32,000 nt of DNA from Methylorubrum extorquens (GTDB lineage Bacteria > Pseudomonadota > Alphaproteobacteria > Rhizobiales > Beijerinckiaceae), in NCBI GenBank assembly GCA_900234795.1, contig LT962688.1, forward strand, positions 3,570,001 to 3,602,000, read 5' to 3'. Position numbers and translations under genes: made by a program. The notes beneath the pieces were generated by a model. The model was not told the DNA's origin, did no database searches, and worked only from the letters and a program-made list of their open reading frames with translations. Shown in pieces: positions 1-8,266 of this stretch (positions are counted from its first letter, which is position 1; every line of letters begins with the position of its first letter).

Positions 1-2355
1 GCCCCGCTCCTGCGCAACGTCGACGTGCTGATCGGCGGCGGCTCCCACACCCTGCTCGCCGATGCCGACGACCGGCTGCTGTCCGGCGATCGGGCGGGCG
101 GCGGCTACCCGCAATTCTTCACCAACGCCAGCGGCCAGACCCTGGCCCTGGTGAACACCGCCTCCGAATATTCCTATGTCGGCCGCCTCAACGTCACCTT
201 AGACGACCAGGGCCACGTGATCCGCGACTCGATCAACCCGGCCACCTCCGGCGCCGTCGCGGTGGACGACACCACGGTGACGCAGCTCTACGGCTCGACC
301 GCCGCCGCCTTCACGCCCGGCTCCAAGGGCTTCCTCGTGCAGCAGGTGATCGAGGGCCTGGACGTCAACAACGACGGCATCCAGGAGACCGCGGGCATCG
401 CCGACATCATCCGCCAGCAGGACGGCAACATCCTCGGCCGCTCCAGCGTGTACCTGGAAGGCCGCCGCGGCGAGGTCCGCACGGAAGAGACCAACCTCGG
501 CAACCTCACGGCGGATGCCAACCTCTGGTACGCCAAGCAGTTCGACGGGGCGGTCGCGGTCTCGATCAAGAACGGCGGCGGCATCCGCGACTCGATCGGC
601 TCGTTCTCGACGACCGGCGGCAGCACGGCGGAGCTTCCCCCGGCCGCCAACCCGGCGGCGGGCAAGGCGGCGGGCGACATCTCGCAGCTCGACGTCACCA
701 ACTCGCTGCGCTTCAACAACGCGCTCGCCATGGTCACGGTCACCGCCTCCGAGCTGGAGCGGGTGCTTGAGCACGCCGTCTCCTCGGCCGCTCCGGGTGC
801 GACGCCCGGCGCGTTCCCCCAGATCGGCGGGATCAGCTTCTCGTTCGACGCGACCCGGCAGGCCCAGACCGTGGACGTCAACGGCACCGTCACCCGCGAG
901 GGGCAGCGGATCATTTCGGCGGCAATCGTCGATGTCGACGGCTTTCTCGTCGACACCCTGGTGCAGGACGGCCAGCTCGTCGGCGATGCGAACCGGAGCA
1001 TCCGCGCGGTGACCCTCGACTTCCTCACCACGGGCACGAGCACGGCCCCGGGGCTCGGCGGCGACAACTACCCCTTCCCGGCCTATGGCGAGAACCGGGT
1101 GGCGCTGAGCAGCGCCGCGCCGGCCTCGCTGCCCAACGCCGCGACTTTCGCGGCCCAGGGCAGCGAGCAGGATGCGCTCGCCGAGTACCTCAAGGCGTTC
1201 CACAGCGTGACGCCCTTCGCGCAGTCTGACACGGCGCAGGCGGCCGACGCACGGATCCAGAACCTCGCTGCCCGCTCCGACAGCGTGCTCGCCCGCGGCG
1301 TCAGCCGGACGGGAGCCGAGGACAACGACGTGCTGCAGGGAACGCCCTTCGCCGACCGCCTCTTCGGCGGCGCGGGCGACGACATCATCGTCAACAGCGC
1401 GGGCGACGACGTCCTGTCGGGCGGGCGCGGCAACGACACGCTGGTGTTCAACACAAGCTTCGCGTCGGTCACCGTCACGGAGGCCGGCAGCCTCACGGCC
1501 ATCACCGGACCGGATGGCCGCGACCTCGTCAGCGGCTTCGAGCGCTACCTGTTCTCCGACGCCACGATCGTGGTGAACGACGGCCAGCCGCTCGTGGACG
1601 ACCTGTTCTACCTTTCCCGCAACAAGGACGTGTTCCAGGCCGGCCAGGACGCCGACGCGCACTACACCCAATACGGTGCCCGCGAAGGCCGCGACCCGAA
1701 TGCCTTCTTCTCGACCAAGGGCTATCTGGCGGCCAATCCCGAGGTGAGAGCCTCCGGGGCGAACCCGCTCGACCATTACGAGCAGGCCGGCTGGAAGGAA
1801 GGCCGCGATCCGGGCGTGCGCTTCGACAACGAGTTCTATCTCGCGGCCAATCCGGACGTGAAGGCCGCCGGCCTGAACCCGCTCGCGCATTACCTTGCCA
1901 ATGGCCAGGCCGAGGGCCGCGCGATCCATGACGCCGTCGGACGCAGCGGGGACATCCGCGGCGGCTTCGACGCGGAGTACTACCTGCTCGCCCATGCCGA
2001 TGTCGCGCAGGCGGCCGGGACCACGGACACCTTCGCCTTCGCTGCCCGCCACTTCGAGCAGTACGGCTGGCAGGAAGGCCGCAACCCGAACGCGGTGTTC
2101 GACACCAAGGGCTATCTGGCGGCCTACGGCGACGTGAAGGCAGCGGGCGTCAATCCGCTGACCCATTTCGAACAGTACGGCTGGAAGGAGGGCCGCGACC
2201 CCTCCGTCTCGTTCGACTCCTCGACCTACCTCTCGACCTATACCGATGTCGCGGCGGCCAAGATCGACCCGATGCAGCACTTCCTGCAAGACGGGCTCTA
2301 CGAGGGCCGCTCCACTTTCACGGACGGCACTTTCGGCGGCGGCACCCTCGGCTGA
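1..2355 (+). CDS. Secreted 5'-nucleotidase-family phosphoesterase (5' end outside window) with RTX calcium-binding repeats and a C-terminal 6x ~38-aa repeat array
   Basis: Frame 1 is open from nt 1 (..VDVLIGGGSHTLL resembles the end of a metallophosphoesterase domain), so the gene is truncated by the window edge. It carries the 5'-nucleotidase C-terminal-domain motifs ETNLGNLTADA and IKNGGGIRDS. Three consecutive RTX nonapeptides are present (GGAGDDIIV, NSAGDDVLS, GGRGNDTLV). Six repeats follow of the type YLAANPDVKAAGxNPLxHYxxxGWKEGRDP. Stop is TGA at 2353-2355. Confidence 0.8.
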   Translation, partial: APLLRNVDVLIGGGSHTLLADADDRLLSGDRAGGGYPQFFTNASGQTLALVNTASEYSYVGRLNVTLDDQGHVIRDSINPATSGAVAVDDTTVTQLYGSTAAAFTPGSKGFLVQQVIEGLDVNNDGIQETAGIADIIRQQDGNILGRSSVYLEGRRGEVRTEETNLGNLTADANLWYAKQFDGAVAVSIKNGGGIRDSIGSFSTTGGSTAELPPAANPAAGKAAGDISQLDVTNSLRFNNALAMVTVTASELERVLEHAVSSAAPGATPGAFPQIGGISFSFDATRQAQTVDVNGTVTREGQRIISAAIVDVDGFLVDTLVQDGQLVGDANRSIRAVTLDFLTTGTSTAPGLGGDNYPFPAYGENRVALSSAAPASLPNAATFAAQGSEQDALAEYLKAFHSVTPFAQSDTAQAADARIQNLAARSDSVLARGVSRTGAEDNDVLQGTPFADRLFGGAGDDIIVNSAGDDVLSGGRGNDTLVFNTSFASVTVTEAGSLTAITGPDGRDLVSGFERYLFSDATIVVNDGQPLVDDLFYLSRNKDVFQAGQDADAHYTQYGAREGRDPNAFFSTKGYLAANPEVRASGANPLDHYEQAGWKEGRDPGVRFDNEFYLAANPDVKAAGLNPLAHYLANGQAEGRAIHDAVGRSGDIRGGFDAEYYLLAHADVAQAAGTTDTFAFAARHFEQYGWQEGRNPNAVFDTKGYLAAYGDVKAAGVNPLTHFEQYGWKEGRDPSVSFDSSTYLSTYTDVAAAKIDPMQHFLQDGLYEGRSTFTDGTFGGGTLG
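1597..2310 (+). repeat. Six imperfect tandem ~114-bp (38-44 aa) coding repeats inside the 5'-nucleotidase/RTX gene
   Basis: The repeat units start at DDLFYLSRNKDV, STKGYLAANPEV, DNEFYLAANPDV, DAEYYLLAHADV, DTKGYLAAYGDV and DSSTYLSTYTDV. Each ends in a HY/HF-x3-G-[WQL]-x-EGR motif. Confidence 0.8.
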
Positions 2356-2383
2356 GGCCGCCCCGTCCCGCCACCGTCCCGGT

Positions 2384-2408
2384 CGGACCGCGCCCCCGGC
2401 GCGGTCCG
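2384..2408. terminator. GC-rich hairpin between convergent genes (10-bp perfect stem cggaccgcgc / gcgcggtccg, 5-nt loop)
   Basis: The inverted repeat was read directly and lies 29 nt after the 5'-nucleotidase-family stop. There is no clear T-tract, so terminator function is inferred only. Confidence 0.4.
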
Positions 2409-2574
2409 AAGGCCGTATCCGACGAGCCCCACGGCATTCGAGCGAACGCCCCATCGGCGCACTGCGCCGAGCGGCCTCACCGAGCCTCTGGCGGTTCGAC
2501 GGAGAGACGCCCAGACCGCCCTGGCACCCAACCCGCTCCGGGGGTGCCGCGACGCGCAACACCGCGGCGGTTCG

Positions 2575-3471
2575 CTACTGCCCCTGCCGGCGGGTCACGA
2601 GCGTGCGGTTGGGCGCGACCTCGCCCTTGTCCTGCCAGATCGGCACGATCAGCCGCGCCCAGCCCCGCGTCTCCTGGCCGCCGTAATGACGCTCCGCGAC
2701 GTCGCGGGTGATGTAGGCCTGAACGTTGACCGGACCGAAATTGTAGCCGACCAGCCCGCCGACCGCGAGCTGGCTCTGGCGCCGGTAGCCCGGCACGTTA
2801 CCGACCGGCAGATCGGCCGAAGCATAGGCCACGGGACCGAATTCGAACTTACCGAATCGCCTCGTCGCAGTGAGATCGATGTTGAGATAGTCGGGAAAGG
2901 CCCGGGAGCCGTTCAGGGCGCGGTCGGTGAGGAAGTGACCGTAGAGCAGGTTCGCGGTCAGATTGTAGCCGTTCCCGGTGTAGCTCACGGCGAAACGGTG
3001 CGTCAGCGAGCCTTCCTGAGGGCCGAAGCGGGTGGAATTCGGAACATAGCCGCCCAGGAGATAGCTGACGCCGACATCGTTGCCGAGGTTCCAGGCGAGC
3101 TGCGTCGCGTACAGGCTCTGGCCCAGGCCGGTGGACGAGGGAGCCCCCCGCGCGCTCGCCGAGACGGCGGAGCGGTTGAAGACGATGAATTGCAGCCGCG
3201 CGCCGAGCACGGACCACGGCGTCGACAGGGCGAAGGTGGCCGTGTTGACGTTGAGATCCGACGAGGCGGGGAAGGTGTAGCGGACGCCGTAATTCGGCAC
3301 GGCGACGAAGTACAAACCGACGGGAATCTGTGCGCCCGCGGGAATGCCGATCGATCCGCCGGGCTGCGCGACCGACCCCGCGCCGGCCGGCGTTGCCGGC
3401 ACCATGCCGGCCGCAGCCAAGGCCAAGCTCAACCGACCGGCCGCTCTTCTCGATGCAGTAGCCACCCTCAC
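2575..3471 (-). CDS. Putative outer-membrane beta-barrel protein (transporter/porin-like; family uncertain)
   Basis: GTG start at 3471 is preceded by AAAAAGGGGGGG. There is a signal-like N-terminus (RRAAGRLSLALAAAGMVPATPAGAGS). The protein is Gly/Tyr/Phe/Asn-rich with alternating hydrophobicity typical of beta-strands. GC3 is high. Resemblance to the 'MetA-pathway of phenol degradation'-type OMP family is a recollection-level guess. Confidence 0.7.
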   Translation of the reverse strand: MRVATASRRAAGRLSLALAAAGMVPATPAGAGSVAQPGGSIGIPAGAQIPVGLYFVAVPNYGVRYTFPASSDLNVNTATFALSTPWSVLGARLQFIVFNRSAVSASARGAPSSTGLGQSLYATQLAWNLGNDVGVSYLLGGYVPNSTRFGPQEGSLTHRFAVSYTGNGYNLTANLLYGHFLTDRALNGSRAFPDYLNIDLTATRRFGKFEFGPVAYASADLPVGNVPGYRRQSQLAVGGLVGYNFGPVNVQAYITRDVAERHYGGQETRGWARLIVPIWQDKGEVAPNRTLVTRRQGQ

Positions 3472-4141
3472 CCCCCCTTTTTAGCATAATATTCCTATGA
3501 CGGGCACGCACGCTCCCCGGCGTCGATGCAGTCATGTGTTCAGAAGTCTTCGCTGGCCTTCGACTTGGGTTCGACGTCCCTGCCGATGCTAAGTCAGATC
3601 GAACTCGATCAAGACTGGGAGCAAATGCCGCCGATAATCGAGTATGGACCGATGATCATCGTAGAATTGCTGAAGAATAATACTACTAAAAGCTGTGTAG
3701 ACGCCAGTACCGCCGATTACATTTGCTTTTATTTGCAAACCACCAGAACAAGTACTGCCATGACGCGCCATGCAACCTGAAAATCGCCACCACGGGCGCA
3801 GCGCTCAGTCCATGAGCCGGGCGCATGACAGGTCGGAACAAGTTTCAATCACCGGGCCGGCGCGGCTGTGCGATATTGCGTTGCAACATGAGCAGGCCGT
3901 GAGGTGGTGTCGTGGCGATCGTGACGGAAATCAGAAGCTGGCATCGTGCACCGCGGGTCGGGGGTGGCTCGGACGTCCGCACGCGGCTCGCGCGGACGCT
4001 GGCGACGGCGCTCCGGCGGATGGCCGAGGCCCGCTACGCGCAGCAGGTCGATCGGCTCGCCCGCTCCGGGCATGGCGGCGTGCTCTGAGCGCCTGATCCC
4101 GGGCTTCGAGAGCCGCCTCGGGGGCGGCCGGGACCGGATCA

Positions 4142-4163
4142 GCGCCGCAGCCCGAAGCGGCGC
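4142..4163 (-). terminator. Hairpin directly downstream of the TRAP permease stop (7-bp stem gcgccgc/gcggcgc, 8-nt loop)
   Basis: The inverted repeat was read directly, 7 nt past the TAA at 4170-4172. It has no U-tract. Confidence 0.35.
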
Positions 4164-4169
4164 CGGCCT

Positions 4170-6056
4170 TTAGAGGAAGCCGATCGAGAACCAGGGCACC
4201 AGGATGATCACGATCAGCCCGACCAGCAGCGCCGCGACGTAGCCGATGATCGGCCGCATGCCGGCGTCGGGATGGATGCGGCTGATGGCGCAGGCCGCGT
4301 AGTAGCCGACGCCGAAGGGCGGGGCGAACAGGCCGATTCCCATCGCGAGAACCACGACCATGGCGTAGTGCACCTCGTGCACCCCCACGGCCCGGGCGAT
4401 GGGAAACATCAGCGGGCCGAACAGGACGATCGCCGGGATTCCCTCCAGCACCGAGCCCAGCACGATGAAGGCGAGGGCGGAGACGGCGAGGAAGCCGAGC
4501 GCGCCGCCGGGCAGTTCCTTCATCGCGACAGCGAGCGCCTGCGAGAAGCCGGACTGCGTCAGCGCCCAGGCCATGGCGGTGGCCGCGCCGATGATCAGCA
4601 GGATCGCCCCCGACAGCGTCGCCGTCGTCACCAGCATGGGCATGAGGCGGCGCCAGTCGAACTGCCGGTAGACGAGGAGGCCCGCCAGCACGGCGTAGAC
4701 GATGCCGATCGTCGAGACCTCGGTGGCGGTGGCCACGCCCTCAATCACCGCGGCCCGGATGACGAAGGGCAGCGCGAGCGCCGGCAGCGCCACGACGAGC
4801 GCCTTCAGGATCGCCTTCCGACCGGGGCGGACGACGTGGCTCATGTCCTCGCCGCGGTAGCGCCACCAGACCAACGCGCACAGCGTCGCGCCGAGGACGA
4901 CGGCGGGCAGAAGGCCGCCGGTGAACAGGGCGGTGATCGAAACGCCGCTCACCGAGCCGATGGTGATGAGCACGATCGAGGGCGGGATCGTCTCGGTCTG
5001 GGCTCCGGTCGCGGAGAGCAGCGCGACGAGATCGCCCTCCTTGGCGCCGCGCGCCTTCATCTCGGGAAACAGCACTGGGGCGACGGCGGCCATGTCGGCG
5101 GCCTTCGAGCCGGAGATGCCGGAGACGAGGTACATCGCCCCCACCAGCACGTAGTGCAGGCCGCCGCGGACATGGCCCAACAGGCTTGCGAGGAAACCGA
5201 CCATGGCGCGGGCCATGCCGGTCATCTCGATCAGGAGGCCGAGGAAGATGAACAGCGGCACCGCGAGCAGGATGAGATGGCTCATGCCCTCGTCCATGCG
5301 CCCGACGACGACCATGGCGGGCGCGTAGGTCGTGCTCATGAGGTAGGCGTAGGTCGAGAGCCCGAAGGCGAAGGCGATCGGCACGCCGGAGAACACCAGG
5401 GCGCCGACGCCGAGCAGGAAGAACACCAGCAGGTTGAGGTTGCCGATGCTGCTCAGGAGCGGCGACAGGCCGGCGAGCACGGCGGCGAGGCCGGCCCCGA
5501 GCGCCAAAGCCGCGCCGGTGAGGCGCCAGTCGCTCTCCTGCACGAGGCGCAGCACGGCGGTGACGAGCATCAGCGCGAACCCGACCGGCAGGGCGGCGGC
5601 GCGCCAGGTGTTGGGGAGGTCGAGGGCCGGCGTGTAGACCCAGGATTCCTCGATCGCGAACTCGAAGGCCGGCTCCAGCAGAACCCCGACGAAGACGAGG
5701 CCGGCCACGATCGCCAGGGTGTCCATGAAGGCCCGTGCGCGCGGCGTAGCCATGCCGACGAAGGCGGTCATGCGCATGTGCTCGCCGCGCCGGAAGGCGA
5801 TGACCGTCCCCAGCATGGCGAGCCACAGGAACAGGATCGAGGCGAGTTCGTCGGACCAGACCAGAGGCCGGTGCAGGGCGTAGCGGCTGACGACGCCGCT
5901 CAGGAGCACGACGATCTCCAGGACGACGAGGATCGCAGCGGGGATCTCGACCATCCGCCCGAAGACACGATCGAAGGTCTGGAGATACGAGCTTTGGCCG
6001 GCGGCGGGCACGGGGGCGGCCGGCGCGGGCGCGTCGAGTTGCACGTCGAGTTGCAT
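4170..6056 (-). CDS. TRAP transporter fused small/large permease (DctQ-DctM fusion)
   Basis: The ORF track gives a 633-aa polytopic membrane protein. The N-terminal ~190 aa are DctQ-like (4 TM) and the remainder is DctM-like. The preferred start is ATG at 6056, with GAGGAAGG 5-7 nt upstream. The alternative GTG at 6071 overlaps the dctP stop. The gene is adjacent to and co-directional with a DctP gene. Confidence 0.9.
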   Translation of the reverse strand: MQLDVQLDAPAPAAPVPAAGQSSYLQTFDRVFGRMVEIPAAILVVLEIVVLLSGVVSRYALHRPLVWSDELASILFLWLAMLGTVIAFRRGEHMRMTAFVGMATPRARAFMDTLAIVAGLVFVGVLLEPAFEFAIEESWVYTPALDLPNTWRAAALPVGFALMLVTAVLRLVQESDWRLTGAALALGAGLAAVLAGLSPLLSSIGNLNLLVFFLLGVGALVFSGVPIAFAFGLSTYAYLMSTTYAPAMVVVGRMDEGMSHLILLAVPLFIFLGLLIEMTGMARAMVGFLASLLGHVRGGLHYVLVGAMYLVSGISGSKAADMAAVAPVLFPEMKARGAKEGDLVALLSATGAQTETIPPSIVLITIGSVSGVSITALFTGGLLPAVVLGATLCALVWWRYRGEDMSHVVRPGRKAILKALVVALPALALPFVIRAAVIEGVATATEVSTIGIVYAVLAGLLVYRQFDWRRLMPMLVTTATLSGAILLIIGAATAMAWALTQSGFSQALAVAMKELPGGALGFLAVSALAFIVLGSVLEGIPAIVLFGPLMFPIARAVGVHEVHYAMVVVLAMGIGLFAPPFGVGYYAACAISRIHPDAGMRPIIGYVAALLVGLIVIILVPWFSIGFL

Positions 6057-6067
6057 GGCGGCCTTCC

Positions 6068-7084
6068 TCACACGAGCTTTCCGGTGACGCTCTCGAGATG
6101 GTCCCAGGCCGTCGGCCCGAGCTTGGCTTTCCAGTCCCGGTAGAAGCTGGTCCGGACGAGGGCGTCGCGGAACGCGTCCCGGTCGACGTCGACGAAGGTC
6201 AGGCCCTTGGCCGCGAGCGTGGTGCGCAGGTTCGCGTTGAGCGCCACGCTGTCGGCGCGCTCGTCGTCGGCGGAGCGGTCGAGTTCGCGCCCGACGATCA
6301 TCCGCAGATCCTCGGGCAGGCGGGCCCAGGCGCGGCGATTGCCGAGGATCCAGTAGGCGTCCCAGATGTGCCCGGTCAGGCTGCAGCTCTTCTGGACCTC
6401 GTAGATCCGCGTCGTCGCGGTGATCGGGAGCGGGTTCTCCTGGCCCTCGACCACCTTGGTCTGCAGGGCCGAGTACAGCTCGTTGAAGTTGATCGGCGTC
6501 GCGCCCGCCTCCAGGGCCCGGAACAGCGACGTCTGCATCGGCGCCTGCGGCACGCGGATCTTGAAGCCACGGATGTCGTCCGGCGTGCGGATCTCCTGCG
6601 TCGAGGAGGTGACGTGACGGAAGCCGTTATCCCAGGCCTTCGACACGGTGAGGATCGGCGTGCGCCCGATCTGCTCGCGGACATAGGCGCCGAGCGGACC
6701 GTCGGTGGCGGCCCAGACGCTGTCGTAATCCTTGAAGACGAAGCCGAGATTGGTCAGGCTCGCCACCGGCAGGAAGGTCGCCAGGACCGAGGCAGACAGG
6801 TTCAGGAACTCGACGGCGCCGCTGCGCACCTGGGCGAGCAGGTCGGTGTCGGCCCCGAGCTGGTTGGCCGGGAAGAGCCGGATCTCCAGACGTCCGCTGC
6901 TCGCCTCGCGGATCCGGTCGATCGCCTGCTGCGCGCGGATGTTGACGGGATGGTTCGGATCCTGCCCGGTCGCCAGCTTGTAGACGAACTCGGCCGCCGC
7001 GGCGCGCCGCGTCAGGTTGCCGAACAGGGGAAGGGCGGCCGCGCCCGCGACGAGGCGCCGACGGCTGAGAGTAGCCTCTGGCAT
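6068..7084 (-). CDS. TRAP transporter substrate-binding protein, DctP family
   Basis: It has a twin-arginine-like signal peptide (LSRRRLVAGAAALPLF). The DctP-family motifs GFKIRVPQAP (carboxylate-clamping Arg position) and VVEGQENPL are present. An RBS (GGGAG) lies upstream of ATG 7084. The stop overlaps or abuts the permease start. Confidence 0.9.
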   Translation of the reverse strand: MPEATLSRRRLVAGAAALPLFGNLTRRAAAAEFVYKLATGQDPNHPVNIRAQQAIDRIREASSGRLEIRLFPANQLGADTDLLAQVRSGAVEFLNLSASVLATFLPVASLTNLGFVFKDYDSVWAATDGPLGAYVREQIGRTPILTVSKAWDNGFRHVTSSTQEIRTPDDIRGFKIRVPQAPMQTSLFRALEAGATPINFNELYSALQTKVVEGQENPLPITATTRIYEVQKSCSLTGHIWDAYWILGNRRAWARLPEDLRMIVGRELDRSADDERADSVALNANLRTTLAAKGLTFVDVDRDAFRDALVRTSFYRDWKAKLGPTAWDHLESVTGKLV

Positions 7085-7210
7085 GTTTCACTCCCTGGAT
7101 GGTCGCGGCCCGCCGCCCGATCCCCGCCGTTCGCGGTCTTTGGGATCGTCATCCGGACATGCCGGATGCTCCGCACCGCTCGGGCGCGAGGTGGGGCAGG
7201 CGTCTCGGGA

Positions 7211-7236
7211 GGCGGCGCCGGTCGTCCGGCGCCGCC
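7211..7236 (-). other. Intercistronic hairpin between the transketolase C subunit and dctP (11-bp perfect stem ggcggcgccgg/ccggcgccgcc, 4-nt loop)
   Basis: Read directly. It lies 11 nt after the TGA of the transketolase C-subunit gene, inside a 162-nt gap, and has no U-tract. Confidence 0.45.
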
Positions 7237-7246
7237 CGCACTCGCC

Positions 7247-8266
7247 TCAGAGCCAGCTGCGGATGCTGCGGGCCATCGCTTGGCTGGAGATGCCGTAGCG
7301 CTCGTGCAGCGTCGGAAGGGCGCCCGCGTCGAGGAATTCGTCCGGCAGGCCGATCTGGCGGTAGCCCGGCGGCACCGTGCCGGTGCGCAGGAGCAGACCC
7401 GCTACCGCCTCGCCGAGGCCGCCGATCACCGAGTGGTTCTCGGCCACCACCACGAGCCGCCCGCCGCGGCCGACCTCGCGCAGGATCGTCGCCTCGTCGA
7501 GGGGCTTGATGGTCGGCACGTGCAGGACCGCGACGTCCACGCGATCGTCACCCAGGGCCTGCGCGACTTCGAGCGCCCGCATGGTCATCAGCCCGGAGGA
7601 GATGATGAGCACGTCGCGCCCGTCGCGGATGGTCTTCGCCTTACCCCACTCGAACGTGTAGCCGTACTCGTCGAGGACGAGGGGCACGTTGCCGCGCATG
7701 AGCCGCAGGTAGACCGGGCCCTGATGCTCCACCATCGCCGGCACCACCTGCTCCAGTTCGTGCGCGTCGCAGGGGTCGAGGATGGTCAGGTTCGGCATGC
7801 CGCGGAAGATCGCCAGATCCTCGGTGGCTTGGTGGCTCGGGCCGTAGCCCGTGGTCAGGCCCGGCAGGGCGCAGGCGATCTTGACGTTGAGGTTCTCCTC
7901 GGCGATCGCGAGGCAGATGAAGTCGTAGGCCCGCCGCGCCGCGAACACGGCGTAGGTGGTGGCGATGGGCGTGAAGCCCTCGCGAGCGAGCCCCGCCGCC
8001 GCGCTCATCAGGAGCTGCTCGGCCATCCCCATCTGGTAGAACCGCTCGGGATAGGCCTGGGCGAAGATGTGCAGGTCGGTGTACTTGGCGAGATCCGCCG
8101 ACAGGCCGACGAGGTCGGGGCGCGTCTTGGCGAGTTCGACGAGCGCGTTCCCGAACGGCGCCGGCTTGGTCCGCTGGCCGGGCGCGGCCAGCGAGGCGAT
8201 CATCGCCGAGGTCTTGGCCCCGCCGGCCGCGCGCGGCGCCGGCTTCTCGTACTTAGAACGCCTCAT
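7247..8266 (-). CDS. Transketolase family protein, C-terminal (pyrimidine-binding plus C-terminal domain) subunit
   Basis: Motifs typical of Transket_pyr/Transketolase_C are present (FYQMGMAEQLLMSAAAGLAREGF, ATTYAVF, GPSHQATEDLAIFRGMPN). The preferred start is ATG at 8266, forming an ATGA overlap with the upstream subunit's stop and preceded by GAAGGGAGG. The longer track ORF (to 8308) would overlap the upstream gene by 46 nt. Confidence 0.9.
   Translation of the reverse strand: MRRSKYEKPAPRAAGGAKTSAMIASLAAPGQRTKPAPFGNALVELAKTRPDLVGLSADLAKYTDLHIFAQAYPERFYQMGMAEQLLMSAAAGLAREGFTPIATTYAVFAARRAYDFICLAIAEENLNVKIACALPGLTTGYGPSHQATEDLAIFRGMPNLTILDPCDAHELEQVVPAMVEHQGPVYLRLMRGNVPLVLDEYGYTFEWGKAKTIRDGRDVLIISSGLMTMRALEVAQALGDDRVDVAVLHVPTIKPLDEATILREVGRGGRLVVVAENHSVIGGLGEAVAGLLLRTGTVPPGYRQIGLPDEFLDAGALPTLHERYGISSQAMARSIRSWL

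Noticed and set aside
199-2562. 787-aa ORF antisense to the 5'-nucleotidase/RTX gene
   Set aside because: The protein is Arg/Gly/Ala/Val-rich and low in complexity, with no recognisable motifs. Long stop-free antisense frames are expected in ~70% GC DNA because stop codons are AT-rich. The sense strand carries clear domain motifs.
3555-3575. tRNA-like T-arm string (gggttcgacgtccc) that might mark a tRNA or an island integration site
   Set aside because: Only a 3-4-bp stem is possible. There is no acceptor, anticodon or D arm in the flanks on either strand, and no CCA-proximal structure.
3526-3780. 84-aa ORF inside the AT-rich island
   Set aside because: It has no Shine-Dalgarno sequence, low GC3 unlike every confident gene here, and no recognisable motif. 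The region is kept as part of the AT-rich-island finding but not called as a CDS.
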